A stretch of 64,000 bases of DNA from the NCBI RefSeq assembly GCF_009914755.1, contig NC_060932.1; one strand, 5' to 3'. Origin of the DNA: the human T2T-CHM13v2.0 reference genome, Homo sapiens. The position numbers were made by a program, and so were the translations under genes. Every line of letters starts with the position of its first letter. Position 1 is the stretch's first letter. A model generated the notes under the pieces. It was not told where the DNA came from, did not search any database, and saw nothing but the letters and a program-made list of their open reading frames with translations. Shown piece by piece: positions 39,118 to 53,873 of the stretch.

Positions 39118-39653
39118 TAGGAGTTTGCTCATTCCAGGTTGAGCGTAGAATCCTGTGGTAACCAGACCTTGGCACATTTTGTTCTTCTGTATCTCCCCTT
39201 ACGGAGGCTGCTTTCTGTTGCTAGTCACATATTAGGGCAAGGTCTTTGGGTTCCCGGCACGTGGGTGGCAGGTCCCCCATGTTCTCGGGGCTGCAGTCTC
39301 CCTCGGAGAGAGTTGTATTTTAGAAGTTGGTTGTAGTCATACAGAAGCAAGGAAGGAGTGAATACATTATTTAAATAAATGTGGAGAAGAATACCAATGT
39401 TTATCAGAATACTTACCTGGTTTTTAGTGGAGTATGTATAAACCAGTTTAATAAGTAAATTACCTTCAAAGTTACTTTGTTCAGTTATTATGAAAAGTAG
39501 ATTGTAAAGCATGGTTGCTGGTGGCAGATGAGCGATGCTGTTACACCCAGAAAAGCTTCTGAATTGCTGACTTTAATATTATATAAGAAAAATTATGAAA
39601 ATACAGGACAGTAATTTTGGAGCTTTTTTAGGGAAGTGTTTGTATTTTTGTGT

Positions 39654-39693
39654 TTGCCAGCTAATATGGGTGATTGCCAGCCAATATGGGTGA
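39654..39693 (+). repeat. 20-bp tandem duplication
   Basis: TTGCCAGC(T/C)AATATGGGTGA x2. Confidence 0.85.
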
Positions 39694-40682
39694 TAGAACT
39701 TTTTGTTATAGATCAAATTTTGTTCTTGTGTGCATAAAGTTAACCTTCCTGGGACTCAGTGTCTTTAATTAGGGGTCTGTTTCAAAGATACTTTTATTGT
39801 CATTGTGTGTTCCTCATGGGCCTTTCTGGTGGCCATTGTGACTCAGTCAAGTCTTCTGGGTTCCTTCCTGTCTTGTGTTGTTTGTAGGGACATGCTTCAT
39901 GTGAAAGTTTACCTTCACCTGCAATAGTTTTGAGTGATTATTTGAATAAGCTTAAATTCAGGAGAAGTAATGTTTCCACGTGTGGAATGGCAGGAAAACT
40001 TGGTGCACTAACTTCAGCTTCAGATGGGCTTGTGCCAACTACTCTGTGGCAATTTATATCTAATACTATTTCTTCAACTTGCCAGTTTTTCTTAAAAAAA
40101 AAAAAACTCTTTAAAATACATTCTGTCATTAGGTCCAGCCAGCAGTGTATTCTTAGGGTGTAAGAGATCATTTCTAAGAGGTGTAGACATCGAATGGAAA
40201 GGCGCATGCAGGCCCCTGTGGATGTGGCTTTAATGGAAGAATAGAGGGGATGCTTCTTTGGGGCCTGCCTTCTCTCCTGGCATCTGCAGTGGCTGAGGAG
40301 GCGGCAGAGGTCATGTGGTGGATTTGAGTTTTCCACCATGTATTTCATCAGGATGAGGTTGGGCAAATAGCCATCTGCTGCTGAGCAGGGACCGCGTGCG
40401 ACCTGGGTTTCCACACCCACCCTTTGTGTAGGGAAAGGTGTGCAATTAGACACATGTGTTAGGTTGGACACATCACCTCCTTTCCCTAGTATCCTCAGTG
40501 TAAAACAGTCAGATTTCTATACCATATTTGCAGTATGTCTAAAAAAGGGTACATGGCACCTTACTAGTTAATTTTCTTTCTAGTTCTGCAGCAAGTTTGG
40601 GGAACTACTTTAACTTTTTAGAGGCCACTGTGTCCTCTTTTCATCATTTTGAAAGAAACCACAAACATTTTATTTGTTATCC

Positions 40683-40817
40683 ATTTTTGTTTTGTTTCGT
40701 TTTCGAGATGGGGTCTCACAATACTGTCCAGGCTGGATTCTAATTCCTGAGCTCAAAGGCTTTTCCTGCCTCAGCCTCCCAAGTAGCTGGGATTACTGGC
40801 ATGCACCACTGTGCCCT
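40683..40817 (-). mobile_element. FLAM monomer
   Basis: 'gagatggggtctcac...cctcagcctcccaagtagctgggatta'. Confidence 0.8.
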
Positions 40818-41419
40818 GTTATATCAACATTTTAGAAATCTGTCTGTTGATATTTAAAACATAATTAGCAAATGTGCATATTATTTCAACACACCTAAAA
40901 ACTATTAAACATCTTTAACATAATACTAAGCAGTCATAGTGAGAAGTCCCTCGAAGAATTATAAGCATGCCTTTAGTTTCCAAGGCAGTGCTTGCTAGCA
41001 TACTAAGTGAATAATAAAATCAGTTTGAGCACAGGAATATGATAAAAAAAAATACCCCAGTTGGTGAAGTATTTTGAAGTGTATGAGCCTAGCAATTATT
41101 TATGGTTAGAACTGGCACTATATTGAAATTGTTGAGCCCATATCCTTAAATAATTTTTTAAAAGTCTCTGTTAAAGTGTTTTATGTTCTTGTATACTTGG
41201 CCTTGTTTGTGCTTGAAATTTTGCTTTCATTAATCTCAAGTGTACCGATCTTGCAAGAAAAATCATACATATTCATCTTGAGAATTTCAAAATCTTGATT
41301 AACAGTGTACCCCACCCTTAAGTATATGTTGGGCCAATCAAGTAAAATAGTGCAGAAATAATAAAACAATATTAAAAATAACAGTAATAACCATAATGAC
41401 CGGCTGTTATTTCCAGTTG

Positions 41420-41640
41420 GGTAGTTACTCAGCTGAGTGTTGTCATGGATCATTTCATTTCCTCATCAGAGCAACTCTAGGTAATAGCTAGAACTATTAT
41501 CCCCATTTTACAGATGAGGAGACTAAAAGGGATGAGAAGTTAAATTACCCAGGGCCATACATTTCTAGCACGTGGTGGAGGAGGAATTTGAATCCAGATG
41601 AGCTAGACTCCACAATCTGTGTACATAAGCATGGTGCTGC
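41420..41640 (-). mobile_element. MIR
   Basis: 'ctattatccccattttacagatgagg...gaatttgaatccag'. Confidence 0.75.
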
Positions 41641-44600
41641 TGTTGCCACGTAGACCAGCTCTGGAGCTTGCATTGTTGCCGTCTTAATAGACAAAGGTGT
41701 GTTAAAAATACCCATGCCATGCTGTGATGCTACCTATTGCTGTGTCTTACCAGCCCAGGCTATTTTTTTCTGTACTTCCTCTGTTGGTGCCTGCTGTAGT
41801 TGTGGGGCCATATGTCATGGGATGTCTTCGTACCTAAAACGACCAGGTCCTTGCCTTTCACACTTAAGGCCCTTCTGCTCACATGGAGATGAGGAGAAGA
41901 GTTGTTCTTGTGGAGGTTGCCTTCTGAGGCGGCTGAGAATTTGAGTTTTGATGTCGGACAGATACGGGTGTGAATCATAAAAATGGACATAATACATTCT
42001 CCTAACTGCCCAGGGTTATGGTGAAGGTTAAGTGAGGCACTCCAGCTAACATACTTGGTATAGCATATGGCATATTCATTGAGTGGTTACTATTTTTATT
42101 AGTTCAGTTTAATCATGGAACTTATCAAATCATATGTATTGCTTTTACTTTTGTTTTAAAAAGTCCCTCAAACCATAATCCTACAGATGACTGGACAAGA
42201 ATGAGTGGCCTAAAATGGTGACTGGCTACACAATTTTCATTTTTCTTCAGGAGAAGACATTTGAAAATAACATCTTTATGTCCTTTGTCCATCAGTGCAA
42301 CCAGATGTTATTTGCCTAATTCTCTTGTTGATTATATAGAGTTGATTCAGATATCCCAGGTACTAAAAGTGACAGGTTTGAGGGAGTGCTTATCTCTTGT
42401 CCTGAAGATGTTCATCTCCTACCAGAGTTATGGCTGTCCTTCTAGTGAAACAGTCATTTCTTCTTTGTCCCAAATCTGCAATTCTCCAAACATGGTGGGT
42501 GATGTTATCCTAGATGATCAGTGGTGTAGGCATGTTTGATCAGCTCTGGGATATTACGGTTTTCTGATTTAGACCAGAGGTCACAGGGTGTTCTCAAAAT
42601 CTATAGGAGCTCCAGATCCTCAAATCTCAGAAGCTTTGATTCCTCAGTCCCTTCCTCCCAAGTTCTCTTTACCATGTAAAGAGGAGACAAGATGGTATCT
42701 GAAATGGGAGTAGGCTTGGGTTGGGGTCAGGGATGTGAGTAGCAACTAGAACATAAGGAGGTTCTTAGGAGAGGGAAGGCTCTGGGGTAGCCTACTTAGA
42801 ATCTCACTGCTACCCAGATTGGCAGGGAAATGGAAGAGATGGAGTATAGACAATTTTCATTTTATTCTATTCTATTTCTTTACTTGAAAATGACTTGGAA
42901 TAACAAAATAAGTGAGTCAAAAAGTAAATAACTGGTAACGTGTGGATTTATGGGAGATCCTTGTACTATTCTAACTTTACTGCAAGTTTGCAAATGTATC
43001 AATATCAAAAGTTTTAAAAGAACAGTAACTCCAAGGGGTTGATGTCAGTAGCTAACATTTATGGAGCATAAAGTTTGTGTCAGTTAGCATTTTGCTAAGC
43101 TATTTACATGAACTATTTCTGCTGAATCCTAAAGTAGGATTAGTCAAAATGCTGAGGTAGGAATAATAATTGCTATTTTACAGGTGAAGAGGTTGTTTAA
43201 TAAATTTGTCTAAGATCATAGTTTTTAATGAGTAGTGTTGGGACTCAAAGCAGGACAGGCTCATTTAACAGCCTGTAGCATTAACTGCTCTGCAGAAATT
43301 GCTTTGGATAGTCCCATCAAAATAACCTAGGTCTTAGAAGGATAGGAACAACAAACATCATGATCTTACACACCTGCACTTTCTAGCACCAGCTCCTGGA
43401 GAAAAATCGAGAGGCTGAATGGTGTCTGTTAACAGATTATAGTCAGTGAGGCCTCTTTCCTCAGATGTTGTATCTTATCAATGGCAGACATTTTCAACCT
43501 GAAAGACACATGCTCATTACAAGACTTAGTAGTGCTCTAACCCTGTTTTCACTTATCAGTCCAAGACGTAGCCGACATCAAAGTATTCAGCTTATTACAG
43601 AATTGACTTCCTCAAAGTTTCTCTCAGTGTTTATCCAAGATGTAATTCACTTAGCATCTTTATCTCGCTGCACAGGACTAGAGTTGCCTTCGAAAAAACT
43701 CAGGATACCACTTGGCTATAGATCACAGTACTTGTTCCTCGTATTTGCGTTAACTTGTGTGAATATGCAGCCTCCGTGAGATATTTGCATACTGCTTCTG
43801 TGAACACACAGGACAACAGACTGTCTTCCGCAGTCATACACTCAGTCATATTCTCAAATAGGTATACAGTTCAAATGTATAAATCAGTAGTCTTACATGT
43901 TACAGAGTGGGTGGATGTTCCTTTGCCAGGGGATTAAAAAAAAAAAAATCCCAAGTCTTAATACTGCTTTCTCCCACACGAATAGTCTATGATGGTGTAT
44001 TTTTGGATTTTGTACATGTTTATAGTTTTTTTCTTTTCACAATTTTGAATAAACTGTTGACTAGCTTGAGTATGGTAAGCCTCTACTTAAAATGTAAATT
44101 TTGCTATTTTTGGTGCATTTAATATTTTAATATTTGTCTTAATTGTGTTAATTTTCAGAGCTGTGTTTATCACCAGATTTAGTATGTTAACTTTTCAATG
44201 TTCCCACTTATTAAAAAAAATAAAAAAAATAAACATCTGGGCTGGTGTATGAAGCAAACCTCCAGTTTTATAGGGAACTTTGTGGCTACTCTGGGGTGCT
44301 GAGAGCCTTCCATTTAGCTGCTAAAGGCCAGCAGGATAAGGAAAACTGTCTTATATGCTGTCAAATACATTAATAAGGACACAATTCAAGGACATAAGTA
44401 ATTTCCCCACACTGTGGAGCACACAGGTGGTGATACTGCTGTAGCTGAATTGCTGGCTGGCAGTCAGTGCCACTGCCATAGCACCACAATTTTCATTTTT
44501 GTTGTTGTTTTACTGTTGTCTCGGTATGGTGAATGGTTGGGCTATGGGAGTGGCACAGAAACCCAGGCCGTACCTAGCAGAATGGTTGACAGTCGCCGAC

Positions 44601-44659
44601 TCCCTGTCATTTTCTGCAGCTCAGTATTTTCAGGTCAGGGAGCTGCCCATGTCATTTGC

Positions 44660-44953
44660 ATCTTTCTTTCTTTCTTTCTTTTTGACGGAGTCCTGCTCTG
44701 TCTCACAGGCTGGAGTGCAGTGGCGTGATCTCGGCTCACTGCCCACCTCCACCTCCTGGGTTCAAGCAATTCTTGTGCCTCAGCCTCCTGAGTAGCTGGG
44801 ATTACAGGTGTGTGCCACCACTCCTGGCTAATTTTTATATTTTTAGTAGAGATGGGGTTTCGCCATGTTGGCCAGGCTGGTCTCGAACTCCTCACCTCAG
44901 CTGATCCACCTCGGCCTCCCACAGTGCTGGGATTACAGGTGTCTGTGCCCAGC
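44660..44953 (-). mobile_element. AluSx-like
   Basis: Reverse dimer with a (CTTT)n tail. Confidence 0.9.
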
Positions 44954-45654
44954 TGACATTATTCTTTATGGATCACTACCATAATAATATCAACAATAAT
45001 AGTGTCTTTATTTGGCAAACCTGTAACATGACTCTTTACTTCTTTATAACACTGCTTCAGCCTGCTATTGATCTAGTGAGTGATTTGACTTGTTTCACCT
45101 AATACTAGGCGAGAGGTAAGAAAAACGAGTCTTTTTATTCAAGGCATTAAAGCATTAATTCATATATTTATACAGTTTACTTGTGCATCTTTTACTCTCC
45201 TGATACACTACTTCGTGTAAGGAACCCCCATCCTCCTTTTCTCACTGTTTTGAGACAGGTGCTTAGAAGGTGCTTGTCCATTATCCTCCAGGCAGAAAAA
45301 GTAAAGTCGTAGTTGGTACTTGAGTTGCATGGGGAGGAGGAAATGATTGTCTCTGAGCCTGGGCTTCTGCCTCAGTCCTGCAGCTAATGTTCTTACCCAC
45401 TCCTCCCTTCCACCTCACCAGGATTAAGAAGGTACAGAGTTGTTTTGCGGAAATAATGCATCCATTGGTCTTTAAGGAAGATTAGAATAGTGAGCTGGAC
45501 CGAGGTAACTTTCTTACCTGTTTTCTCCAAGAAACTCGTAAAGTGTGTTTGTTTTAGATTATTTTAAAGACCCTGTGGAATTTGTAAAAAGTTTATCTGG
45601 TAAGCTTAGAATGCCTGAAAAAATAGATATTTATTGGGAGTTAGAATTAGACAG

Positions 45655-45790
45655 TCGCTTAGGGTGCTTGTTAAAAATGCAGATTCCTCAACTCCACACG
45701 AGATTTATTGAATTAAATCTCCCTGGGTCATCTAGAATCTGAATTTTTATCAAGGTGCTTCTGATGTACTCTGAAACTTACGAAGCAATG
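45655..45790. mobile_element. MER5A-like hAT DNA transposon fragment
   Basis: 'gcttgttaaaaatgcagattcct...gaatctgaattttta...ttctgatg'. Confidence 0.6.
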
Positions 45791-48700
45791 TGGTTAGACC
45801 AATATGTTATGCAATGAATGTACTTTGGAAATACGAAAAATTTAGAAAATGGCAAGGAATATGCTTGTCCATCATTCATATTATAAGAATTGCAAAAATT
45901 CTTACAGTGTATTTTGGAATATTGCAAGTTATGTTATTCTCTTGCATGTAACTGAATGAATGTGGCTGCTGTTTGACACACTAATTACTATAAAGGTGAA
46001 GATGGATGACTGATTAAGCGTTTGAAACCATAGTCTTTAAAGGTGGTGCTAAAAGGGTAGAAGATAGATTGCTTTGTATTTATTTGTTAAATTTTATTTT
46101 CATTTCTACCACTGAGTAATTAAAAGCTTGTTTTGTATATAGTTCTGGTTTAAATGGTACATGTCTGCCAAACTAATACATTTGTTAAGCTACAGTAACT
46201 ATTTTGGGGCAACCATTTCAAGCCAGTGTTATTTCCACGGGCATATAATACATTTAAAATGAGAATCATCTTAAAAGGTAATTTAGTGAGTGGGTTAGTG
46301 CTTTCTTGGAGGACTTGTTAGCATAATTTCGTGTAAGACAGGATGCTTATATGAAAGGCATAAAGGAAGCACATAAGGCAGCTTTTTTCCTGGCCCTTCC
46401 CCCATTCCCCTCCCTTTTGGATAGAGGCCATACTGACCACCCCTCTTCCTGACACTTCAGGTTATCCTGGACCTTGGCCGAAGGCGTCATTAGGGTCCTG
46501 AGCTTTCCCTTCCATGCTGCCTCAGTTGCTTATTCTTTTTCTTCCTACCCCCTCAATATAGCCTGTTCTCAGGGGTTTGATCCTGGCATCCTCTGGGTCT
46601 AGTTCAGGCCCACAGCAACCTTATTTGCTACTAACTCCTACGTCTGTATTCTTATTTCTCGTATCTCCCCCAAACTCCTATCCTTAATGTTCCCAATCTG
46701 TTTAAACCGAAGTCATCATAACAACTCCTTCTTCCTGCAAAAGCATGAAACAAAAGTGTGAAACTTCAAGCCCAGCCCTTTCTCTTGAACTTAGGCTCTG
46801 CACTGCAAGTCTGCGCTGGTGGTGTCGGGTCCTGGCAACCCAGCTGATGGGCTGCTCCAGACTCCACTTCCTGTGTCCTGGCCTGTTGGCATCTTTGTTC
46901 CCTCCACTATGTTGTGCCCTCCGCGACACCCCCTTGGCGGTCAGAGCTCAGTCCCAGGCCTGCTAGGTCATTATGGTCACTGTCAACTTGCACGGTTGGG
47001 GAGAGTACAGCAAAGACCCATGTTAGGGGGACCCTTTCCTTGCTTCCTTCCTGCTCCCCTGTGGAACAAGTCCCTGTCTGTCTGCTGCACCCTTTAGACC
47101 TTGCCACCCCATTGCTCCTGCCGCTCAGCCTTCCTTGGGGCACCTGCAGAGAGAGGGTCCCCCCTCCAGCTCTGCTCCTCTGGCAGGGCTTGTGGGGTGC
47201 CTTCCACAGGCAAGACCTCTGTTGCTGCTGAGCCCCAACAGTTTAGTGTCCAGGCTCCCTGTCTTGGGCAGGGCAAGGTTGCCCTGTGCCTGTGGCCTGT
47301 CCTTCCCTGGCCTCCTCAGCTATCGAGTCCCTGCTCAGCCCTCTCCCAGCTGGATTAGAATGTGGGTGGGAAGAGGAGGTGAGTTATTCTGGCCTCCCCA
47401 AACCCATTACCACATTCCTGACATCTGATTGGAACACATTTTCCCATGGTAGCTTTATTATGGTTAGGCACTGGCGGGACACCGTGGGTTAGCCTAGTGC
47501 TTTTGTAGGTTAACACAACAATGTCAATAGTATAATGTTATATCCGAGGGAAAGTGATCCAACTAGCAGCTGAAGGCCTTTTGGGGAGGAGCTGTTTTCT
47601 CCTGTGAGCCCCAATGGGGAACTGTCCTGTAGAGTGTCATGCCAGCACCATGGAACCATTTGGTGGCACAAGCATCAGAGCAGTCACCTGCCTTGCCAGT
47701 GGGCCCTCAGGTGGGTTTCAGAAAGCTGGGTCTATCCAGACTCATAAGCGTGAACTTTTACATAAAGAACCATGACTGTGGCAATTCTAAGAAGGACTTT
47801 AATGAATGCAAAGGCATGGCCACTAAAGACAAGGAAGGAATTCAATAATGTTTTCAGATTGACATCTCTAAAGAGCGAATGGCAATTTCGGTGTGAGGCT
47901 TATAACAGAATCTTTTTGGCTTTTGGAAATGTAGATGTGCCCGGTGAAAAATGTTATTAACTTTTTTCAAAGATAAATAAGAACCATGAGCAGGCAGATC
48001 TTTAGTCTGTTGCTACTAACTTGTCGGTATAACTTTAATGTTTGTGAAGGTGTGCAGATGTGAGATTATGGCTTTGCTAAGCTCTGTGGGAGATACTAAA
48101 AATGTTACTTCTAGCTAGGTAGAGCAGGTTAACACACTTATGACCCTGTGGAACAGGATAGCACAGTCTGTAATTAAGTGCTAAGAAGGCGTGATGTGTT
48201 GTAGTCATTGTATAGTGGAGAAAGAAATCAGAAAGCGTGACTTGCCCTCTCCTTTGATAAGTTAGAGGAACTGAGTGATAATGTGAAAAAAATCACGGAG
48301 AGGCTGTCAGCCAAGGGTCCTGGCAGGGAGCAGGTGGCCAGCCCAGAACATCCTGCAAGGACCAGGGCAAGAGCCCTTTGTCTCTGGTGTCCTCCTGGGA
48401 GGGCAGCTTTGCAGGAGCTATGGCCCCCAGGGAGAGCAACACAGCCACTGCCACCCCCTGTTGCCCTCCCCACCTCAACCTTCAATTCAAGGACCAGTCT
48501 TCTGGGACTCAGGGAAGATCAGTTAGCCTGCCCTGAGGGAGAGGGGCAGCAGGTTGGATAGATAGGGAGAGGTTGAGCAGTGGTGAAATTGGAAGCTTAG
48601 ACTGAGTGAGATTCTGACTTATATTACGTGATGGAAATGGAGTTGAAAGGTTAGTTTGGCAGCATGTGATGGATTGCGGTTGAAGAGAGACTAGAGGCAA

Positions 48701-49419
48701 AAAGTCAGAGGCTGTTGAAATAGCCCAACCAGGAGGTGGTAGAGCTTTGGCTAGGCGGGGAAAATGGACTGAGAGAGGAAAAGACACAGCCATGGACATT
48801 CAGGGTGGGGGGAAGAGGGACTAGGAGCCTGGCATGGAGCGGAGAATAGCTTAGAAAGCCTCCTTTCGAGAGAAGTAAGGTTGACATTTGGAACTTAGAT
48901 TTGATCCAAAATAGAAAACATTTGAGCAGGGAGAGGTGTAAAAAGATCACCTTAGAAAGGTTTAGAAATAAAGCTACTCCATTGATAAAGGTCTGCAACT
49001 TACAGTTCAAGAAAATAGGTATCTAACATTTAAAAACAAGTTTTAAAATAAACTTCTTATAAAAATGATTTTGGAACATACAATTTGACATTGTTTTTAT
49101 AAATATCCTTATAACATTGGGTACAGTCAGAATAATAGGACAGAATTTGATATTAGTATTATACTTTCAGAATCAAAATAGCACAGTGATAATAGCACAA
49201 GAGGGCTACAGAAATGCAGGTACTAGAAATTGAAGTTTATCATCTTAGCATACTTGACCTTTCTTTTGGAGGTGTGTGTTGTAGCGTTGGGAAGCATTGT
49301 CTCATGTTTGATGCTTTAGCAACTCTAATACTTGTGTATGGGTCTACTAAAAAGGCGCATCAGCATGTTCTGTGAGAGAATACAACAGAGAAGCAATTGC
49401 AGTCTGAAAGAAAAGCAGT

Positions 49420-50040
49420 CAAGGATATAAGCAGGTAATGTGTGGAAAGCAAACTTAATTGTCAATAAACACAAAAATTTCCAAATTATGGAATAATTTA
49501 AAAATGCAAATTAAATTAAAATGATATACTTCTCCTCATTAAATTAGCCAAGACTTAAAAATATTCTTTATGCTGCTAGAATATGGTGAGACCTGCACAC
49601 TCACTGTTGCCTGAAGTTTCATAAGTATAAACTTCTTTTTTTGTGAAGAAAGTAGAGACTGTGTGTATAAAGATCTTTACAAATGGCCATTCCTGTGGTA
49701 TCAGTCATCTATCCCAAGGAAAAATCTAAAATCCAGTCAACTGTTATAAGCCACAGCATTTCTTTTTGACATTGAAAAATTGAGAATGGTGAAATTTATG
49801 CTGTAGTCATGTTAGAATATCATGCAGGCACTGAAAATCATGTTTTTGAAAAATGTGAAGCTTGAAAGAGTACAAAAGAACATACTAACTGTATCATGAT
49901 TAGTTTTATACAAATTAAATTTTTACTTTTTAATTTTTTAAATATTTCTATGACCAGGTGTCTACAACAATACAAATTAAATTATAAACATAAGAAAAGA
50001 CTAGGGGAAATACATCAATTTAAAAAATTATTAGTTTCAG
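49420..50040 (+). mobile_element. Old L1ME-like fragment
   Basis: 'aatgcaaattaaa...aaattagc...atctatcccaaggaaa...aaagactagggg'. Confidence 0.5.
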
Positions 50041-50084
50041 GGATTGGCAGTTTCACTTAATTAAAAGCTACAATTCCACAGTTA

Positions 50085-50340
50085 AACAGATGTGGTTTGA
50101 ATCTGCCTGACCGCTTAACTGTGTGACCTTGGATAGTGACTTACTAGTTCTATGTGACTTACTAACTCCATGACCACAGGCCAATTACTTAATTGATCTA
50201 AGACGCAGTTTCTTCAGCTGTGACATGGGAGCAGTAACAGTACTTACTAGTTCACAGGCTTATGTGGATTAATGCAACAGTGCATCTAAAATGCTCCAGC
50301 AGTGCTTGTTGCATCATTAGCACACAACTAATGTTAATTA
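50085..50340 (+). mobile_element. MIR
   Basis: 'tttgaatc...tgtgtgaccttgg...cagtttcttcagctgt'. Confidence 0.65.
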
Positions 50341-52204
50341 TTTGGATTGCAGGTAGTTTTTTTTTTTTTAATTCAGTCTTTCTACTTTTTAAATATTCTA
50401 AATTTTATACTGCAAGGATTGTAAAACTCAAGAAACTCTCTGATACTGTATATGGAAGGAAGGACTCTGACAGTTTTTCAGTAATTTTGTGGTATAGACA
50501 GGAAAATCTTTTTTTAGGTACCATAATTTTCCATAATTTTAACCAGCGATATATCTGAAACAATACTTTCAAATTTTGCATGTTTTTTTTTTTTCTTTTC
50601 TAGATTGCTTGGCAGTTTTGGCTTTTTTTAATCTCAAAGAAATTTTGTTTTACAGTAAGTTACGTTTAATTGGAACCTCCCCCACTTTTTTTTTAAAGTT
50701 TCCTGAAATCAAGGAACATAAGAATAATTTTTAAAAATTTTCTGTAGGTGAGATCTGAATTTGATTAATATTAACTGCACATTTAGCTCTCAGATTTCAG
50801 ACCGATTTAGTGTTAGCTTCTGTGCATCTCACCTAATTGTTAAAATATGTGAGCATGATTTTGATATTTGGGAGGTGGAAGAGAAGCCTCTTGAGACTTT
50901 TGAACTAAAGTTAAACAGTTTATTCTGTCTTGGAGTTAGTTGGTGTAGGTTAGTAGGAAGACTTTAACATCTGGAGCTCTTTCACCTTGGAATTGTATCT
51001 TTCTCATGGAAGAAACACATTTGAGCTGCAGACAGCCTGGAAAAGCTTTCAGGCTATATTTTCTTCACAGGAGGGCAATAGCTTTGCACTTATAATAAAA
51101 TAGCTTCAAAGTTTTTGTCTCCTTGACATTATGTTACCTTTAATTTACCCTCAAACATTATTATATCTTCTATAGCAAACAGAGGAGGATAAGAAAAGGA
51201 AAAACAGAGACAAATTGTTAACATTATCCCCAAAATAATAAATGGGTTGTTGGTAACATAAGACTTGAAAACCATAGAATCCAGAATATATGCAACTTCA
51301 TTTTATTACTGTATTGCATTAAATTTAAGATGGTGTCAGTTGTAAGATGTATTCTATTTCTGATACATTGAAATGCCAAAAAAAAGTCGTGGAATTGATG
51401 AAATCTAGTAGTTAAATAAAAAACCACAAAAACCTCAGTTTGCAGTCACCTGTATTTTTCAATTTGGTGTATGGAACAAAAAGGACACTCACCTGAATGC
51501 ATCTGAAATTGGAACTTAAATCTCTAATCTTTAGCAAAAATATGTCCCAGCTATGTATATCACTTTAATCACACGTGGTGCCACCTCTGATCTTGCTCCT
51601 TATGTTGTGCACAGCACGTAGAGTACAGCATAGGTGGACTCATGAGTTAGGTGTTTGAACATGACCCTCCTCAGCTACTGGACCAAATGTAAACAGTGGT
51701 CAACTTTTTATAGTGTTAATCTGTCAGACTGCTGTCAACACACTGGGTACCATAAAACAGTGTCACCAAGACTGTTCCACAGGAGTGATGCCAAAAATCT
51801 ATTAAAACTCACAGTAAAACAAGAAATGTACTGCTAACCACTTACAGCCTGACTTGACAATTATCAAGTATTTGAGTATACATTCTAAGCTTCACTAGGC
51901 CAGTGCTTACCTTGTACATAAGCAAAAGTAGGAAAATGAATGGTTCCTGTTTGTCAGAAGTTTAAAATCAAATTACTCAGCAATACAAAGCAGGGAAGGA
52001 CCCCCTTTACCTTTCTGTATCGAGGATAATTTGAGAGGATTTTTGCGTCAGTTAGGGTGAGGCCAATACAGGAAGAATATAGGGTAGGTGGACCAATTAT
52101 AATGATGTCAGAGAATCCTCCTCCACCAGCCATAGGAAAGAATAATTTCATATAAAATGATAGCAATTTAAAGATTTCTCAAATATATAATTAGAGGTTG
52201 GAGG

Positions 52205-52370
52205 AGGTAATATGGCATAAAGGTTAGAGGCAAGGGCTCTAGAGTTAGACTGCCTGGGTTCAAAGCTTAGTTGCAGTACTCTCTGCCTTTGGGATCTTGG
52301 GCAGATAACCTGTTCCTGTTTTCTTGCTTATAAATAAGGTAGCTGATAGTCCCTTCCTCAATACCTGGCA
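52205..52370 (+). mobile_element. MIR
   Basis: 'ggctctagagttagactgcctgggttcaaa...cttgggcag'. Confidence 0.7.
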
Positions 52371-52492
52371 TATTTTATACCAAACATTCATTGAATTGAA
52401 CTATAGTTAATATTGTTAAGGCTTGCTTTGTTTCTTAGTAAAGAGAACATGGAAATGAGCAGTGTAAAGATTTGCAGAGCCTTGATGTCTAG

Positions 52493-52814
<322 letters not shown>

Positions 52815-53569
52815 TAACACATTTCTTGGTGTTATAGTGAACAGTATGCAACTTGAGAGCAATTAGATATTAGCATATTTAAATAAAAGATTGTGAAAGT
52901 ATGATTGTGGCAACTACCTATAGAACATTTTGCTGGTGGTATCTTGGTCAGAGTTTTCTAGATTTTCCCATGTGTCATGTGGTTAAATATGTAGTGGTTT
53001 TAACATGGCAGTGTGGATTTAAGATGAAGTGTAGGAGCTGTGCTTTGTATGAGATGACAAGGGCATATCTATTTTGTTCCATAGATTTATTTGTCTGAGG
53101 TGATATAACCCAATATCTTAATGTCACCAACAAATTATGTGATCATCCAGAAGAACTGAAATGATTTCAAACATTGATGATTTAACTGTTTTGTTTCTAA
53201 TCACCTAGAGGGAGCCAGCGTAATGTGATAGGTCTTATTTTATTACATTTCACTTAAAAAAAAATTTTTTTTTTTTTAAAGCCTGGGGTAGCCTGTTCTG
53301 GAGCCAGCTCTGTCTGTCCCATTGCTATGGAATATACTGTAGCTCCTCTATTTCCTTCCCTAGAGCCTCTCAGTACTCTTGGATGAGGTGGGAGAAGCTG
53401 TAGAAAATTATAATAAATAGGGCAAGACCTTAAGGAGTTTCTAGTCCATCTCCATTTCTACCCCATGCTCCCAGACTTCACGTGTCATCCGTCACATTCT
53501 GCTCTCACCTGCATAACAGGTTAGATGGCATTGTTTTTTCTTGTTTATTGTTTGATAACTTGATATTAT

Positions 53570-53873
53570 TTCTTTTTTTTTTTCTTTTTCGAGATAGAGT
53601 TTTGCTTTTGTTGCCCAGGCTGGTGTGCAATGGCGTGATTTCAGCTCACCACAACCCTCCCTGGTTCAAGCAATTCTCCTGCCTCAGCCTCCCGAGTAGC
53701 TGGGATTACAGGCATGCACCACCATGCCTGGCTAATTTTGTATTTTTAGTAGGGAGGGGGTTTCTCCATGTTGGTTTGGCTGCTAGGCTGCTCTCGAACT
53801 CCCGACCTCAGGTGATCTGCCCTCCTCGGCCTCCCAAAGTGCTGGGATTATAGGTGTGAGCCACCGTGCCTGG
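53570..53873 (-). mobile_element. AluSp/Sq-like
   Basis: Reverse dimer. Degenerate TSD AACTTGA(T/G)ATT(A/C)TTT. Confidence 0.9.

Noticed and set aside
43290-43950. Possible cryptic last exon or processed pseudogene (ctgcag acceptor, 104-aa ORF, ATTAAA + A-run)
   Set aside because: No TSD, no recognisable parent gene, and the A-run is genomic and abuts the signal, so internal priming is as likely.
46702-47492. Cluster of overlapping ORFs in a GC-richer intronic patch
   Set aside because: No coherent splice sites or recognisable homology. Composition explains the ORFs.
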